Source of the DNA: a virus
Lineage: Duplodnaviria > Caudoviricetes
Virus record (IMG/VR): IMGVR_UViG_3300020042_007964
Span: 1 to 39,472 of that record
Reading direction: 5' to 3' (one strand)
DNA length: 39,472 bases
A program made the position numbers and the translations under genes. This document shows positions 27,736 through 36,760 of the stretch, piece by piece (position 1 is the first letter of the stretch; each line of letters begins with the position of its first letter). The notes under the pieces were generated by a model, which saw only the letters and a list, made by a program, of their open reading frames with translations, was not told the DNA's origin and made no database searches.

Positions 27736-29205
27736 ATGACCATAGCTAAACTATACCAGAACCACAAGAAAGGAAAAGTTTCAAAACAATCCTTCTTGAA
27801 CGAAGCAAGAAAAGACGCAAATCTTCCTTGGGTAACTAACTTGACTTCTTATGAAGATGCAGTTAAGATCCTAAAGAACAAAGGAGTCATTAGCGAAACA
27901 GGCTTAAACGTTGTCGGAGCTGTTGGATCAAGCAATCAGCGGGTTCAATATGATTCGTATTCTAGTAATGCTGAATTACAGAATGAAGTAACAAAAAATA
28001 GTTCAGAAGAAGATAAAGATGCGTGGTTAAATATGTTCGAAGACGAACTATCATCATCGTTTACAAAAATGTCATTATCTCCCAAAGAACACGAAAAGGC
28101 TTCTAGAGCTATGGATCACGTCGATATAATCGGTCTTTATGGAATGTTCAAACCAGAACACGCAGTAGTTGCTTTTATTAGAGATCTAGACGATACTATA
28201 TACAATGAGAATACACTAAACGAAGCTTATAAGCTAACCACTACTCAAATCATAGACAGACTTAATCCATACGCTTTTAAAGACGCCATGGAGTTTGAAC
28301 TATCTAAGATCAAAGAAAAGCTTACAGACGAAATCTACGAAAAGACTAGGGAGAAAGTTGCTAAAAAGATGGCAAAGAATCCAGAAGTTTATCGTGACAC
28401 TCAGTTAGCTAATACAAAAGATATTCAGAAAAAAGATAAGAAGCTTGCAATGGTCGATGTCAAAGACAATAATACTGTCGACAAAGACAACGAAATGAAA
28501 AAGATAAAAGGCTTTGAAGCAAAAAAGAATACTTCCGCTCCTAAGACAGAGAATAGGAAAGGTAAACCAAAGGGAGTAAAAGAAATGAAAGGCAGTAATA
28601 AGAAGCCTGTTGGAGTTAAAGAGATAATGAAGCAAGAAAGCAAAGAGAAAGTGCTTAATGAAATGAGTGAATTCTTTAAAAAAAAAGATAGACTAAAAGA
28701 AAACACAGCAAGTCCTACTCATCGTACCGACTATAATAAAGGAACAAGGATCAAAACCCCAGAAGGCGAAGCAACGGTAACCGAAGTTATCGGATCAGTG
28801 ATATACTATGAGCTAGAAGGCGGAATAGAAGGATCAAAAACGCTTAACGTTATAGACAAGATAAATTCAAAAAATATGTCTCCGCAAGACATGAAAAAAG
28901 CGCAAGACGCAAAAGATAAAGAAGAAAGAGATAAAATGTGGAAAGATTGGGATAAAAGAGGAGAAAAACCTTTTGGTGGAATGCTTACAGATCCTGAATA
29001 CTTTAAGAAACCATTAGACTATAAAAATTTAATGGAGAAAATTAAAAAAGTATTGGATAAGTTGAAGCTAAAGAAAGAATCTGGAGTTGAAATAAAACCA
29101 GCCGGTGGATCTCCAAAATATGTAAAAACTGTTGATGTCGCAAATGCAGAGAAAGAACTTAAAGCAGCTGGAATAACAAACTTTACTAAAAAAGTCGTAG
29201 GATAA
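27736..29205 (+). CDS. Lys/Glu-rich modular hypothetical protein (putative prohead core/internal protein)
   Basis: 489 aa directly upstream of the prohead protease. Many LNE/ISE/LKE sites. Confidence 0.72.
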   Translation: MTIAKLYQNHKKGKVSKQSFLNEARKDANLPWVTNLTSYEDAVKILKNKGVISETGLNVVGAVGSSNQRVQYDSYSSNAELQNEVTKNSSEEDKDAWLNMFEDELSSSFTKMSLSPKEHEKASRAMDHVDIIGLYGMFKPEHAVVAFIRDLDDTIYNENTLNEAYKLTTTQIIDRLNPYAFKDAMEFELSKIKEKLTDEIYEKTREKVAKKMAKNPEVYRDTQLANTKDIQKKDKKLAMVDVKDNNTVDKDNEMKKIKGFEAKKNTSAPKTENRKGKPKGVKEMKGSNKKPVGVKEIMKQESKEKVLNEMSEFFKKKDRLKENTASPTHRTDYNKGTRIKTPEGEATVTEVIGSVIYYELEGGIEGSKTLNVIDKINSKNMSPQDMKKAQDAKDKEERDKMWKDWDKRGEKPFGGMLTDPEYFKKPLDYKNLMEKIKKVLDKLKLKKESGVEIKPAGGSPKYVKTVDVANAEKELKAAGITNFTKKVVG

Positions 29206-29206
29206 A

Positions 29207-29836
29207 ATGTCAAAAACACTTCTAATAGAATACGCAACCTTCACTCCAACTAAGAGACTAAATGAAGGCGCAGTAAGCAAGACAGGAAACATGGTAGTTT
29301 CTGGACTTGTGCAAGCTTGTGACAAGCCAAACGCTAATAGAAGAATATATCCGTATCCAATCTTATTTCAACAAGTTTCTAAATATATGGAAGGACCTAT
29401 AGCCGAGAATAGAGCTTTAGGCGAATTAGATCACCCAGAAAGTTCAGTAGTAAACTTAAAAAACGTTTCTCACAATATAGTAAGACTTTGGTGGCAAGGA
29501 AAAGATCTTCACGGAGATATAGAGATTCTACCAACTCCATCAGGCAATATACTTAAAGAGTTATTCAAAAATAATATCACTGTAGGTATCTCTTCAAGAG
29601 CAATGGGATCGGTATCTCCTATCGGAGAAGGTCTAGTTCAAGTAGAAGATGATCTTGATTTGATCTGTTGGGACTTTGTTTCTCAGCCATCTACATACGG
29701 AGCATACATGAAGCCGACCTTAGGACTTAGAGAGTCTATTGATACAACAATACAACAAACAAATAAGTACTTCAAAGCGAATAGGATGATCTCTGAGATC
29801 ATTTGTAATGTTTCAGGCGAGTGCTGCATAAGATAA
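29207..29836 (+). CDS. gp21: Prohead core protease (T4 gp21-like)
   Basis: NANRRIYP, ALGELDHP, VSHNI, VGISSRAMGS, WDFVSQPST. Confidence 0.95.
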   Translation: MSKTLLIEYATFTPTKRLNEGAVSKTGNMVVSGLVQACDKPNANRRIYPYPILFQQVSKYMEGPIAENRALGELDHPESSVVNLKNVSHNIVRLWWQGKDLHGDIEILPTPSGNILKELFKNNITVGISSRAMGSVSPIGEGLVQVEDDLDLICWDFVSQPSTYGAYMKPTLGLRESIDTTIQQTNKYFKANRMISEIICNVSGECCIR

Positions 29837-29837
29837 T

Positions 29838-29884
29838 GCGTGCTACCTTTAGGACCACGCGGTTAAGCATTCTTAGACCGATGC
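29838..29884 (+). ncRNA. Candidate small structured RNA element after the protease stop codon
   Basis: GCGTG/CACGC hairpin, second GGTTAAG/CTTAGACC hairpin, and possible GCAT/ATGC pseudoknot. GC-rich relative to the genome. Confidence 0.35.
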
Positions 29885-29892
29885 GATACCAT

Positions 29893-29921
29893 CTCAACCC
29901 CGTAAGGTTGAGTTTTATTTT
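29893..29921 (+). terminator. Rho-independent terminator
   Basis: CTCAACC-ccgtaa-GGTTGAG followed by TTTTATTTT. Confidence 0.8.
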
Positions 29922-29952
29922 CGGTAATAAGTGAGTTTGCATAAAAATACGG

Positions 29953-29960
29953 ATATTTAT
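29953..29960 (+). promoter_or_regulatory. Putative late promoter ATATTTAT for the scaffold-capsid operon
   Basis: Octamer just downstream of a terminator and about 105 nt upstream of the scaffold ATG. Confidence 0.68.
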
Positions 29961-30066
29961 TACCATAAAAATGCTTCGAGTCTAATACGAAGCTATAAGT
30001 AACACTTATTATATTGTCCCACTTTCCTATCAATGGACAATTAAAAATCAAAAATTTTAAACAAAA

Positions 30067-31053
30067 ATGGAAAACATTTACCAACAAGCAATTGCTGATG
30101 CTAAAGCTTTACGCGCGTCTGCAATGGCGAACGCAAAGTCTGCACTACAAGAAGCTTTCGAACCAAAAATTACAGAGATGGTTCGCTTGAAACTTTCTGA
30201 AGAGCTTGAAGAAGTCGGAGAACTTGAAGAAGAGCTTGAACTAGAAGAAATGGAAGGATACGAAGAAGGCATGGATAACGTTGTTGATGAAACAATCGAT
30301 GAATCCGGTCTTGATGAAATCCTTGCTGAACTCGAAGAACTTGCTAACGAAGGCAAAGATCACGATGAACTTAATGAAGCAGAAGAAGATGACGACGCTG
30401 AAGAAGATGACGAAAAGTTAGACGATGAAGATTCTGAAGTAGAAGATACTGAAGAAGACATCGTTGATGATGACACTAAAGTTATCGATATCACACTCGG
30501 AGATCTTAAAAAAGTGTTCCAATCTTTACAAGCACAAGAAGCTCCAGAAATGGATGCCGCAGATCTTGAAGCTGATGAAGAAGAAGACATGGAAGAACCT
30601 TTCTCTCTTGATGAAATCTTGGCCGAACTTGAAAATGAAGGCAAAGATCACATGTATGAGAAGAAAGACAAAAAAGTAGAAGTCGACGAAGAGAAACACA
30701 AAATGAAAGATGAACTTAATGAGGCTAAAAAAGCTATTAAGCAGCTTCAAGAGTCTTTCACAGAAGTTAATCTTTTGAACGCCAAACTTCTTTACATGAA
30801 CAAACTCTTCAAAGCAAAGAATCTAAGCGAATCTGAAAAAATTAGGGTCGTAAAAGCTTTTGATCGCGCATCATCAGTGAAAGAAGTTAAAAACACATTT
30901 GACGTTCTTAAGGAATCTATTGAAACCAAAAAGAAATCTCAAATTTCAGAATCATTCGGATATGCCTCAAAACCTGCTGGCATGTCTCCATCTAACAACG
31001 TAATCGAATCAGATCCTTTCGTTAGTAGGTGGCAAAAAATCGCGGGTCTCTAA
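30067..31053 (+). CDS. Prohead scaffolding/core protein (T4 gp22-like position)
   Basis: Highly acidic, coiled-coil 328 aa between protease and major capsid gene. Internal repeat LDEILAELE..NEGKDH. Ends RWQKIAGL. Confidence 0.82.
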   Translation: MENIYQQAIADAKALRASAMANAKSALQEAFEPKITEMVRLKLSEELEEVGELEEELELEEMEGYEEGMDNVVDETIDESGLDEILAELEELANEGKDHDELNEAEEDDDAEEDDEKLDDEDSEVEDTEEDIVDDDTKVIDITLGDLKKVFQSLQAQEAPEMDAADLEADEEEDMEEPFSLDEILAELENEGKDHMYEKKDKKVEVDEEKHKMKDELNEAKKAIKQLQESFTEVNLLNAKLLYMNKLFKAKNLSESEKIRVVKAFDRASSVKEVKNTFDVLKESIETKKKSQISESFGYASKPAGMSPSNNVIESDPFVSRWQKIAGL

Positions 31054-31076
31054 AAATAAAAATTAATAACAAAACA

Positions 31077-32750
31077 ATGTCAAACCTAGTACATTCCCTA
31101 CTAAGCGAGTCAGCAAAAACAGCACACTTTGATCAACATAGTGTTGCTAATAAGCTTGCTGCTAAGTGGCAAAAATCAGGTCTTCTTAAAGGCCTCAATG
31201 AGAGCGATCGCTCTAACATGTCAGTAATTCTCGAAAACCAAGCAAAACAATTGGTTGTTGAAACTACACAAACTAACGGTGGTCTTAACTCTGGCGGTGC
31301 AACCTTTACCCCTGGTACTGGTGAGCAATGGGCTGGTGTAGCTCTTCCTTTGGTTCGTAAGATCTTCGGCCAAATCGCTTCTAAAGAATTTGTTTCAGTT
31401 CAACCAATGAACCTTCCTGCTGGATTGGTATTCTATCTTGATTTCCAATATGGTAACAACAAGACTCCTTTCGCAGACGGTAACTCAGTATATGGTACAC
31501 CAAGCGCTAAATTTGGTAACCTTGCTGAAGGCGGTCTTTATGGTGCTGGCAAATTCGGATTCTCTTTGAATCAGTTCACTGCATCTTTGCTTACTGCAAG
31601 TATCTCTTCTGCTTCTTTCGCAGACGTTAACTTTGATAGTTCAGTATCTGCATCAGTTGTAGTTGGACAAATTAAAAAAGTTGCAATCCCAACAGCTTCT
31701 TTGACTACTCCAAACCTTGACGGTGTAAGGTCTTTCATAGCTATTTCTGGTTCTAACTTTACTACTGCTGCTACTAAGCAATTTCCTGCTTTTACTGAAG
31801 TAGTTGGTGGAAACATCAATTTCTATTTCACTGGTTCTACAATAGAATTAACTGGATCTGGTGCACCTGCAGGAAGCAGCACAAACTGGTCAGTTTTCTT
31901 TAACAAAGCTACAGACTTCAACACACGTGGTGATTTCGAAGACAGGTCTGGCGCTCCTTCAGTTCCTAACTCTCTTTCTAACACTTCTATCGTTATTCCT
32001 GAGATCAACGTTCAAATGAAGAGCCAAACCATTTCTGCTAAAACTCGTAAGTTGAAAGCACAATGGACTCCAGAATTTGCACAAGATCTTAACGCTTATC
32101 ATTCTTTGGATGCTGAAGCTGAATTGACTGGCATGCTTTCTGAGCACATCTCTCTTGAGATTGACCTCGAAGTTCTTGACATGTTGATCCAAAATGCTCC
32201 TATCAACGAAGTATGGTCAGCTAAGGTTGGTAACCAACTTAATGCTGCTGGTACTGCATTCGATGTAAACACCGCTGGTGTATATTACACTCAAATGTCT
32301 TGGTTCCAAACAATTGGTATTAAACTTCAAAAAGTTAGCAATATCATCCATCAGCGTACAATGCGCGGAGGTGCAAACTTCATGGTTGTTTCTCCAGCAG
32401 TAGCTACTATCTTGGAATCAATTCCTGGATTTGCAGCTGATACTGACGGTGCAGCAGACACAATGAAGTATGCTTTCGGTGTACAAAAGATCGGTGCCCT
32501 TAATTCTCGCTATAAGGTTTACAAAAACCCTTATATGATTGAGAACGTAATCCTCTTAGGTTACAAAGGCGGTCAATTCCTTGAGTGCGGAGCGGTTTAT
32601 AGCCCTTACGTTCCATTGATCATGACTCCATTGATCTACGATCCGAACACCTTCACTCCTAGAAAAGGTATCATGACTCGCTACGCGATGACCATGGTTC
32701 GTCCTGAATTCTACGGAACTGTAGCTGTTTCTGATCTTAACGTTGTCTAA
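31077..32750 (+). CDS. gp23: Major capsid protein (T4 gp23-like)
   Basis: ILENQ, LPLVRK, VQPMNLPAGLVFYL, AKTRKLKAQWTPEFAQDLNAYH, YSPYVPL, FTPRKGIMTRY. Likely start is ATG 31077 rather than GTG 31029. Confidence 0.97.
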   Translation: MSNLVHSLLSESAKTAHFDQHSVANKLAAKWQKSGLLKGLNESDRSNMSVILENQAKQLVVETTQTNGGLNSGGATFTPGTGEQWAGVALPLVRKIFGQIASKEFVSVQPMNLPAGLVFYLDFQYGNNKTPFADGNSVYGTPSAKFGNLAEGGLYGAGKFGFSLNQFTASLLTASISSASFADVNFDSSVSASVVVGQIKKVAIPTASLTTPNLDGVRSFIAISGSNFTTAATKQFPAFTEVVGGNINFYFTGSTIELTGSGAPAGSSTNWSVFFNKATDFNTRGDFEDRSGAPSVPNSLSNTSIVIPEINVQMKSQTISAKTRKLKAQWTPEFAQDLNAYHSLDAEAELTGMLSEHISLEIDLEVLDMLIQNAPINEVWSAKVGNQLNAAGTAFDVNTAGVYYTQMSWFQTIGIKLQKVSNIIHQRTMRGGANFMVVSPAVATILESIPGFAADTDGAADTMKYAFGVQKIGALNSRYKVYKNPYMIENVILLGYKGGQFLECGAVYSPYVPLIMTPLIYDPNTFTPRKGIMTRYAMTMVRPEFYGTVAVSDLNVV

Positions 32751-32772
32751 CCTAACGGTAATACAATAAACT

Positions 32773-32802
32773 AAGGCCCAACTTCGGTTGGGTCTTTTTT
32801 TT
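32773..32802 (+). terminator. Rho-independent terminator with C(UUCG)G tetraloop
   Basis: AAGGCCCAAC-TTCG-GTTGGGTCTT plus T-run after the capsid gene. Confidence 0.92.
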
Positions 32803-32821
32803 GTCTACTTTCATTGTCACG

Positions 32822-32829
32822 ATATTTAT
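32822..32829 (+). promoter_or_regulatory. Putative late promoter ATATTTAT
   Basis: Octamer between the capsid terminator and the phoH ATG. Confidence 0.68.
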
Positions 32830-32843
32830 ACTAAATCTGTTTC

Positions 32844-33515
32844 ATGAATGAAGCCAATAGCAAGTCAGCAAAAAGGTTAAAAAACCCAATTAGATTCGCA
32901 ATATCGCTTAACGAAGAGCAAAAGGAAGCCAAGACTTTCATAATGCAAAACAAAATAACGGTTTTAAAAGGTCAAGCGGGATCTGGAAAATCAATGGTTG
33001 CAGCTCAAGTCGCTTTAGACATGTTATTTAAGAAAGAGGTCGAAAAGATAATACTAACTAGACCAGCAGTTACATCAGGAGAAGAGATTGGATTTCTTCC
33101 AGGAGACAAAGACGCTAAATTGGCTCCTTACACTGCAGCGATCTATGACAATATGTATCGACTCTATAACAAAGAGAAGATAGATAAAGAGATCATGGAA
33201 GGAAACATAGAAGTTATACCTCTTGCTTTTATGAGAGGAAGAAACTTATCTAACTGTTGTGTTGTAGTTGACGAAGGACAGAACGTAACGAGCGCTCAAA
33301 TGGAATTAATGCTAGGCAGACTATGCACTGGTTCAAAAATGATAATTTGTGGAGATGTAGCTCAAATCGATCTAAAGGACAGAAGAATGTCTGGTTTCAA
33401 ATTCATATGCGACAATTTAGGTTCGGTGCAAGGTTTTGGGGTCTATACCTTAAAAACTAATCACAGAGATCCTATAGTCGAAGACATTTTAAAAGTATAC
33501 GATAACTTTAGATAA
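32844..33515 (+). CDS. phoH: PhoH-like ATPase
   Basis: GQAGSGKS, IILTRPAV, IGFLPGD, PLAFMRGR, VDEGQN, CGDVAQID, HRDPIV. Confidence 0.95.
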   Translation: MNEANSKSAKRLKNPIRFAISLNEEQKEAKTFIMQNKITVLKGQAGSGKSMVAAQVALDMLFKKEVEKIILTRPAVTSGEEIGFLPGDKDAKLAPYTAAIYDNMYRLYNKEKIDKEIMEGNIEVIPLAFMRGRNLSNCCVVVDEGQNVTSAQMELMLGRLCTGSKMIICGDVAQIDLKDRRMSGFKFICDNLGSVQGFGVYTLKTNHRDPIVEDILKVYDNFR

Positions 33516-33524
33516 TATACAACT

Positions 33525-34691
33525 ATGGCTCAAAGACCAATATGGCCCGGATCATCTAGTTTTACGACTGGATCAACACCTTTCGGATTCTACGATACAG
33601 ATGCTTCATTTGCTAGCGATGCCGATAAAGTAGCTAATTACTGTGCTACTAAGTTAGGATATCCAGTAATGGATGTTGAACTTATTGATAAGCAACTTTA
33701 CGCATGTTTCGAGGAAGCTGTTGCGGTCTATGCAGAAGAGCTTTATCAATCTAAGATAAAAGACAATTACATCTCTATAGAAGGCGCGCCCACAGCGTCC
33801 CAATTAAACAACATCGTAGTTCCAGCTTCTTTGCACAATATTATTAATATCTCAGACACTTATGGTACTACAATAGGAATTGGTGGAACAGTAGGATGGT
33901 CTAGCGGATCATTAACACTAAAAGCGGGGCAACAAGTCTACGATTTACAAGCTTGGGGAATACAAAACAACTATATCTCTTCAAGCGATAGAGTGGTTAT
34001 CCAAAATATATTCTATCAAGGAGTTCCAGCAATTAATCAGTACTACGATCCATATATAGGAGGATCAATAAACTATCAAGGCGCTACTGAAAACTTTGGT
34101 TGGGCAAGTTACTCTCCTGGTCTAAACTTCGTTCTTTTCCCGGTTTATTGGGACATTCAAAGGATACAAGAGATCGAAATGTCGAATACAGTTAGACAAT
34201 CAGCTTATACGTTTGAGATTATAAACAATAAATTAAAAGTTTTCCCTAAACCAGAAATAGAAAATGCGGTAATATGGATAGAATTCTCTAAAAAGAGTGA
34301 GTACTCTAACATTGCAGCTAACGGACCTTATGGTGGAAATACAGGACTCGTAACAAACGCTTCGAAAGCGCCTTATGGAAATATTACATACGCTCAGATC
34401 AATCAGCCAGGAAAACAGTGGATATATGAGTATGTTTTAGCTTTAGCTTCAGAAATATTAGGACTTATTAGGGGAAAATACTCTGAAGTGCCTATTCCAG
34501 GATCAGAAGTGACTTTAAATGGAGCTGATTTAATATCAAAAGGAAAAGAAACTCAATTGGCTTTACGAGATCGACTAAGAACAGATTTTGAAGAGATGTC
34601 AAGAAGATCGCAATTAGAAAGAAAACAATCAGAACAGGCTTCTTTGTCAGATACATTAAGAGAAATTCCACTACTAATTTATATTGGATAA
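33525..34691 (+). CDS. gp13: Neck/head-tail adaptor protein (T4 gp13-like)
   Basis: KLGYPVMDVEL, WIYEYVLAL...LG-IRGKY...IPG-VTLNG, C-terminal PLLIYIG. Confidence 0.82.
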   Translation: MAQRPIWPGSSSFTTGSTPFGFYDTDASFASDADKVANYCATKLGYPVMDVELIDKQLYACFEEAVAVYAEELYQSKIKDNYISIEGAPTASQLNNIVVPASLHNIINISDTYGTTIGIGGTVGWSSGSLTLKAGQQVYDLQAWGIQNNYISSSDRVVIQNIFYQGVPAINQYYDPYIGGSINYQGATENFGWASYSPGLNFVLFPVYWDIQRIQEIEMSNTVRQSAYTFEIINNKLKVFPKPEIENAVIWIEFSKKSEYSNIAANGPYGGNTGLVTNASKAPYGNITYAQINQPGKQWIYEYVLALASEILGLIRGKYSEVPIPGSEVTLNGADLISKGKETQLALRDRLRTDFEEMSRRSQLERKQSEQASLSDTLREIPLLIYIG

Positions 34692-34692
34692 T

Positions 34693-35184
34693 ATGGCATT
34701 GTTCGGTAGAAATAGAGACATACAAGTGTTCAACACAATGAATAGAGAGCTACTTGAAGACATAATTAGTCAGCAAGTCGGGTATTATAAAGTAAAACTA
34801 AATGATACTTCTACAAATGTTTATGGAGAAGCTATGAATAAGTACTATATAGGACCAGTTTTGCTTAATTGCCTAATAGAAAGAGGAGATTTTGGAGTTA
34901 GTAGGATAGAATACAATATAGACGTAACGAGAGAGTCAACATTTAGGTTTTTTAAGAATCATTTGATAGATGCTAACGTAGTTCCTGAAATAGGAGACGT
35001 AGTTTTTTGGAACGAGCATTTTTTTGAAGTCGACAACGTTAATGAGAATCAATTCATAGTAGGTAAAGACCCAGACTACGCCTATTCAGAAGGATTACAG
35101 AATTATGGAAACTCTTTATCTATTATATTGAATGCACATTATACCAGTCCAGATAAGCTAGGAATAAACTTAAATAGATTATAA
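34693..35184 (+). CDS. gp14: Head completion/neck protein (T4 gp14-like)
   Basis: NVYGE, PEIGDVVFW...FEV. Follows the gp13-like gene. ATG 34693 preferred over TTG 34684. Confidence 0.7.
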   Translation: MALFGRNRDIQVFNTMNRELLEDIISQQVGYYKVKLNDTSTNVYGEAMNKYYIGPVLLNCLIERGDFGVSRIEYNIDVTRESTFRFFKNHLIDANVVPEIGDVVFWNEHFFEVDNVNENQFIVGKDPDYAYSEGLQNYGNSLSIILNAHYTSPDKLGINLNRL

Positions 35185-36437
35185 TGGCTAATCAAGTAGT
35201 AAGACCAACATCTCGTAGAGAGTTTATGGATAAGCTAATAGAGCCTTATGATCCAAAATATGGTAATCCTAATGAAATATTCTCAGAACCTACTAAATTA
35301 GGTCAACCTGAGATGAATAGAGCTAGAGAAATCTCTGTAAAGGATGATAATATAAGAGATTATAAGATAGGAATACAAGACTTTGATGAAGCTTTAATGT
35401 ATTACTTTCAAAACGTGCTTAAACCATCAGTTATTCAGAACAATACAAGAATAAATGTTCCAATTCTATATGGATCTCCAGAAAATTGGAAAACTGTTCA
35501 ATCAGATGGCTATTATAGAGACGCAAATGGTAGACTTTTAGCTCCATTAATCATGTTTAAGAGAAGAAGCATTACGCAAAATAGAACTTTAGGTAATAAA
35601 TTAGACGGTAACTCAGCAAAAAACATACAGCTATTTAAAAAGAAGTATAGTAAGCGCAATATTTACGGTAATTTCAACTTATTAAACAATAGAAATCCAG
35701 AAGTTGAGTATGTAGCTTCTATAACTCCAGATTACGTGACTGTGGAGTATGATTGTTTAGTATGGACTTACTTTATAGAACAAATGGACTCATTAGTAGA
35801 GTCAATTAACTTTGCTTCAAGAACTTATTGGGGAGATCCTACTAAATTTCAATTCTATTCTTCTATAGAATCGTTTGAAGAGTCTATAAACTACGAAGTG
35901 GGAGAAGATAGAGCAATAAAAAACTCTTTTTCTTTGACTTTAAATGGATATCTAATTCCAGATTCTGTTAATAAGAGTATGGCTGCAGTAAATAGAGTAT
36001 TTGGAGTATCTCAAGTAGTTTTTGGACTTGAAACTACAGATGGAAGCGCTGAAACTATATCCACTAAAAAATTAACAAAGAAAAGTCTTTCAAAAGCTAC
36101 TATACAAGACGGAACAAACATTATTATAAATGGAGGAACTGGAGGATTAGATTCAGCAGTTGGTATATATCTATCTACAAATAAACAGGTAACAGCTACT
36201 TATGTTAATTCAACAACAGTAACTTTTCCTTATGGATGGTTAAGTGCTCCTTCTCCATTACCCGTGAATGGTCCAGAAAACTTTACTTTTTTTGTTAATG
36301 GTATGTATGTAGAACCTACTTCTATAGTAAGCTTTGTTACGTTTGGTAATACTTCTACATTAATAATAAATCCTACGCTACTTACTTATGATTTTGAAGC
36401 TAATGATGTTATTATAGGAATAGGAAAATTCTCATAA
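35184..36437 (+). CDS. gp15: Tail terminator/sheath stabiliser (T4 gp15-like) with C-terminal beta-rich extension
   Basis: VPILYGSPENW, PLIMF, PDYVTVEY, QMDSLVE, LNGYLIP. Synteny with gp13/gp14. Confidence 0.68.
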   Translation: MANQVVRPTSRREFMDKLIEPYDPKYGNPNEIFSEPTKLGQPEMNRAREISVKDDNIRDYKIGIQDFDEALMYYFQNVLKPSVIQNNTRINVPILYGSPENWKTVQSDGYYRDANGRLLAPLIMFKRRSITQNRTLGNKLDGNSAKNIQLFKKKYSKRNIYGNFNLLNNRNPEVEYVASITPDYVTVEYDCLVWTYFIEQMDSLVESINFASRTYWGDPTKFQFYSSIESFEESINYEVGEDRAIKNSFSLTLNGYLIPDSVNKSMAAVNRVFGVSQVVFGLETTDGSAETISTKKLTKKSLSKATIQDGTNIIINGGTGGLDSAVGIYLSTNKQVTATYVNSTTVTFPYGWLSAPSPLPVNGPENFTFFVNGMYVEPTSIVSFVTFGNTSTLIINPTLLTYDFEANDVIIGIGKFS

Positions 36438-36438
36438 T

Positions 36439-36729
36439 ATGGCTAGATTAAAATTAAAACAAGTTCTATCAAATTTGCATTATAATGAAGCAGACGATCA
36501 ACTTATATTAAGCGGATCTAAAGTACCGACTGCTCTTCAAAATCCAGAAGATGTAGACGTTGATTGGGATCAAGCTTTTGGAACATGGGATGGAACTAGA
36601 GTAGGAATTCCAGATTTTGTAATTTATGGAGAAACTTTTGTTACATCTAGTGCATATTTGACTGGATCAATTATTGTGAAAGGATCATTAATAGTGAGCG
36701 GATCATTTCAAACAAGTTCATTGCCATAA
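36439..36729 (+). CDS. Small putative structural protein with SGS/TGS repeats
   Basis: 96 aa. C-terminus LTGSIIVKGSLIVSGSF resembles the start of the next fibre gene. Confidence 0.65.
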   Translation: MARLKLKQVLSNLHYNEADDQLILSGSKVPTALQNPEDVDVDWDQAFGTWDGTRVGIPDFVIYGETFVTSSAYLTGSIIVKGSLIVSGSFQTSSLP

Positions 36730-36760
36730 AAACTAATAGTAATAAGTTATAAGTACATTG

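Noticed and set aside
29841-29851. TGCTACCTTTA resembles part of the ToxI type III antitoxin repeat as I recall it
   Set aside because: Single 11-nt match, no tandem repeats, and the upstream pairing partner needed for the ToxI pseudoknot is absent.
31021-31079. Possible -1 frameshift fusing scaffold to capsid (capsid frame is open from 31029 across CAAAAAA), or a GTG start at 31029
   Set aside because: No canonical X XXY YYZ heptamer or downstream stimulator. The 16 open codons are A-rich spacer, and ATG 31077 has a typical A-rich context.
32844-33515. phoH within the structural module as a novelty
   Set aside because: phoH is common in large aquatic phages, so it is recorded as a feature only.
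7550-34725. Numerous short antisense or alternate-frame ORFs in the track (e.g. 7550-7810, 19959-20399, 30078-30356, 30464-30679)
   Set aside because: They are shadows of strong coding genes, with low-complexity Ser/Phe-rich translations and no motifs.
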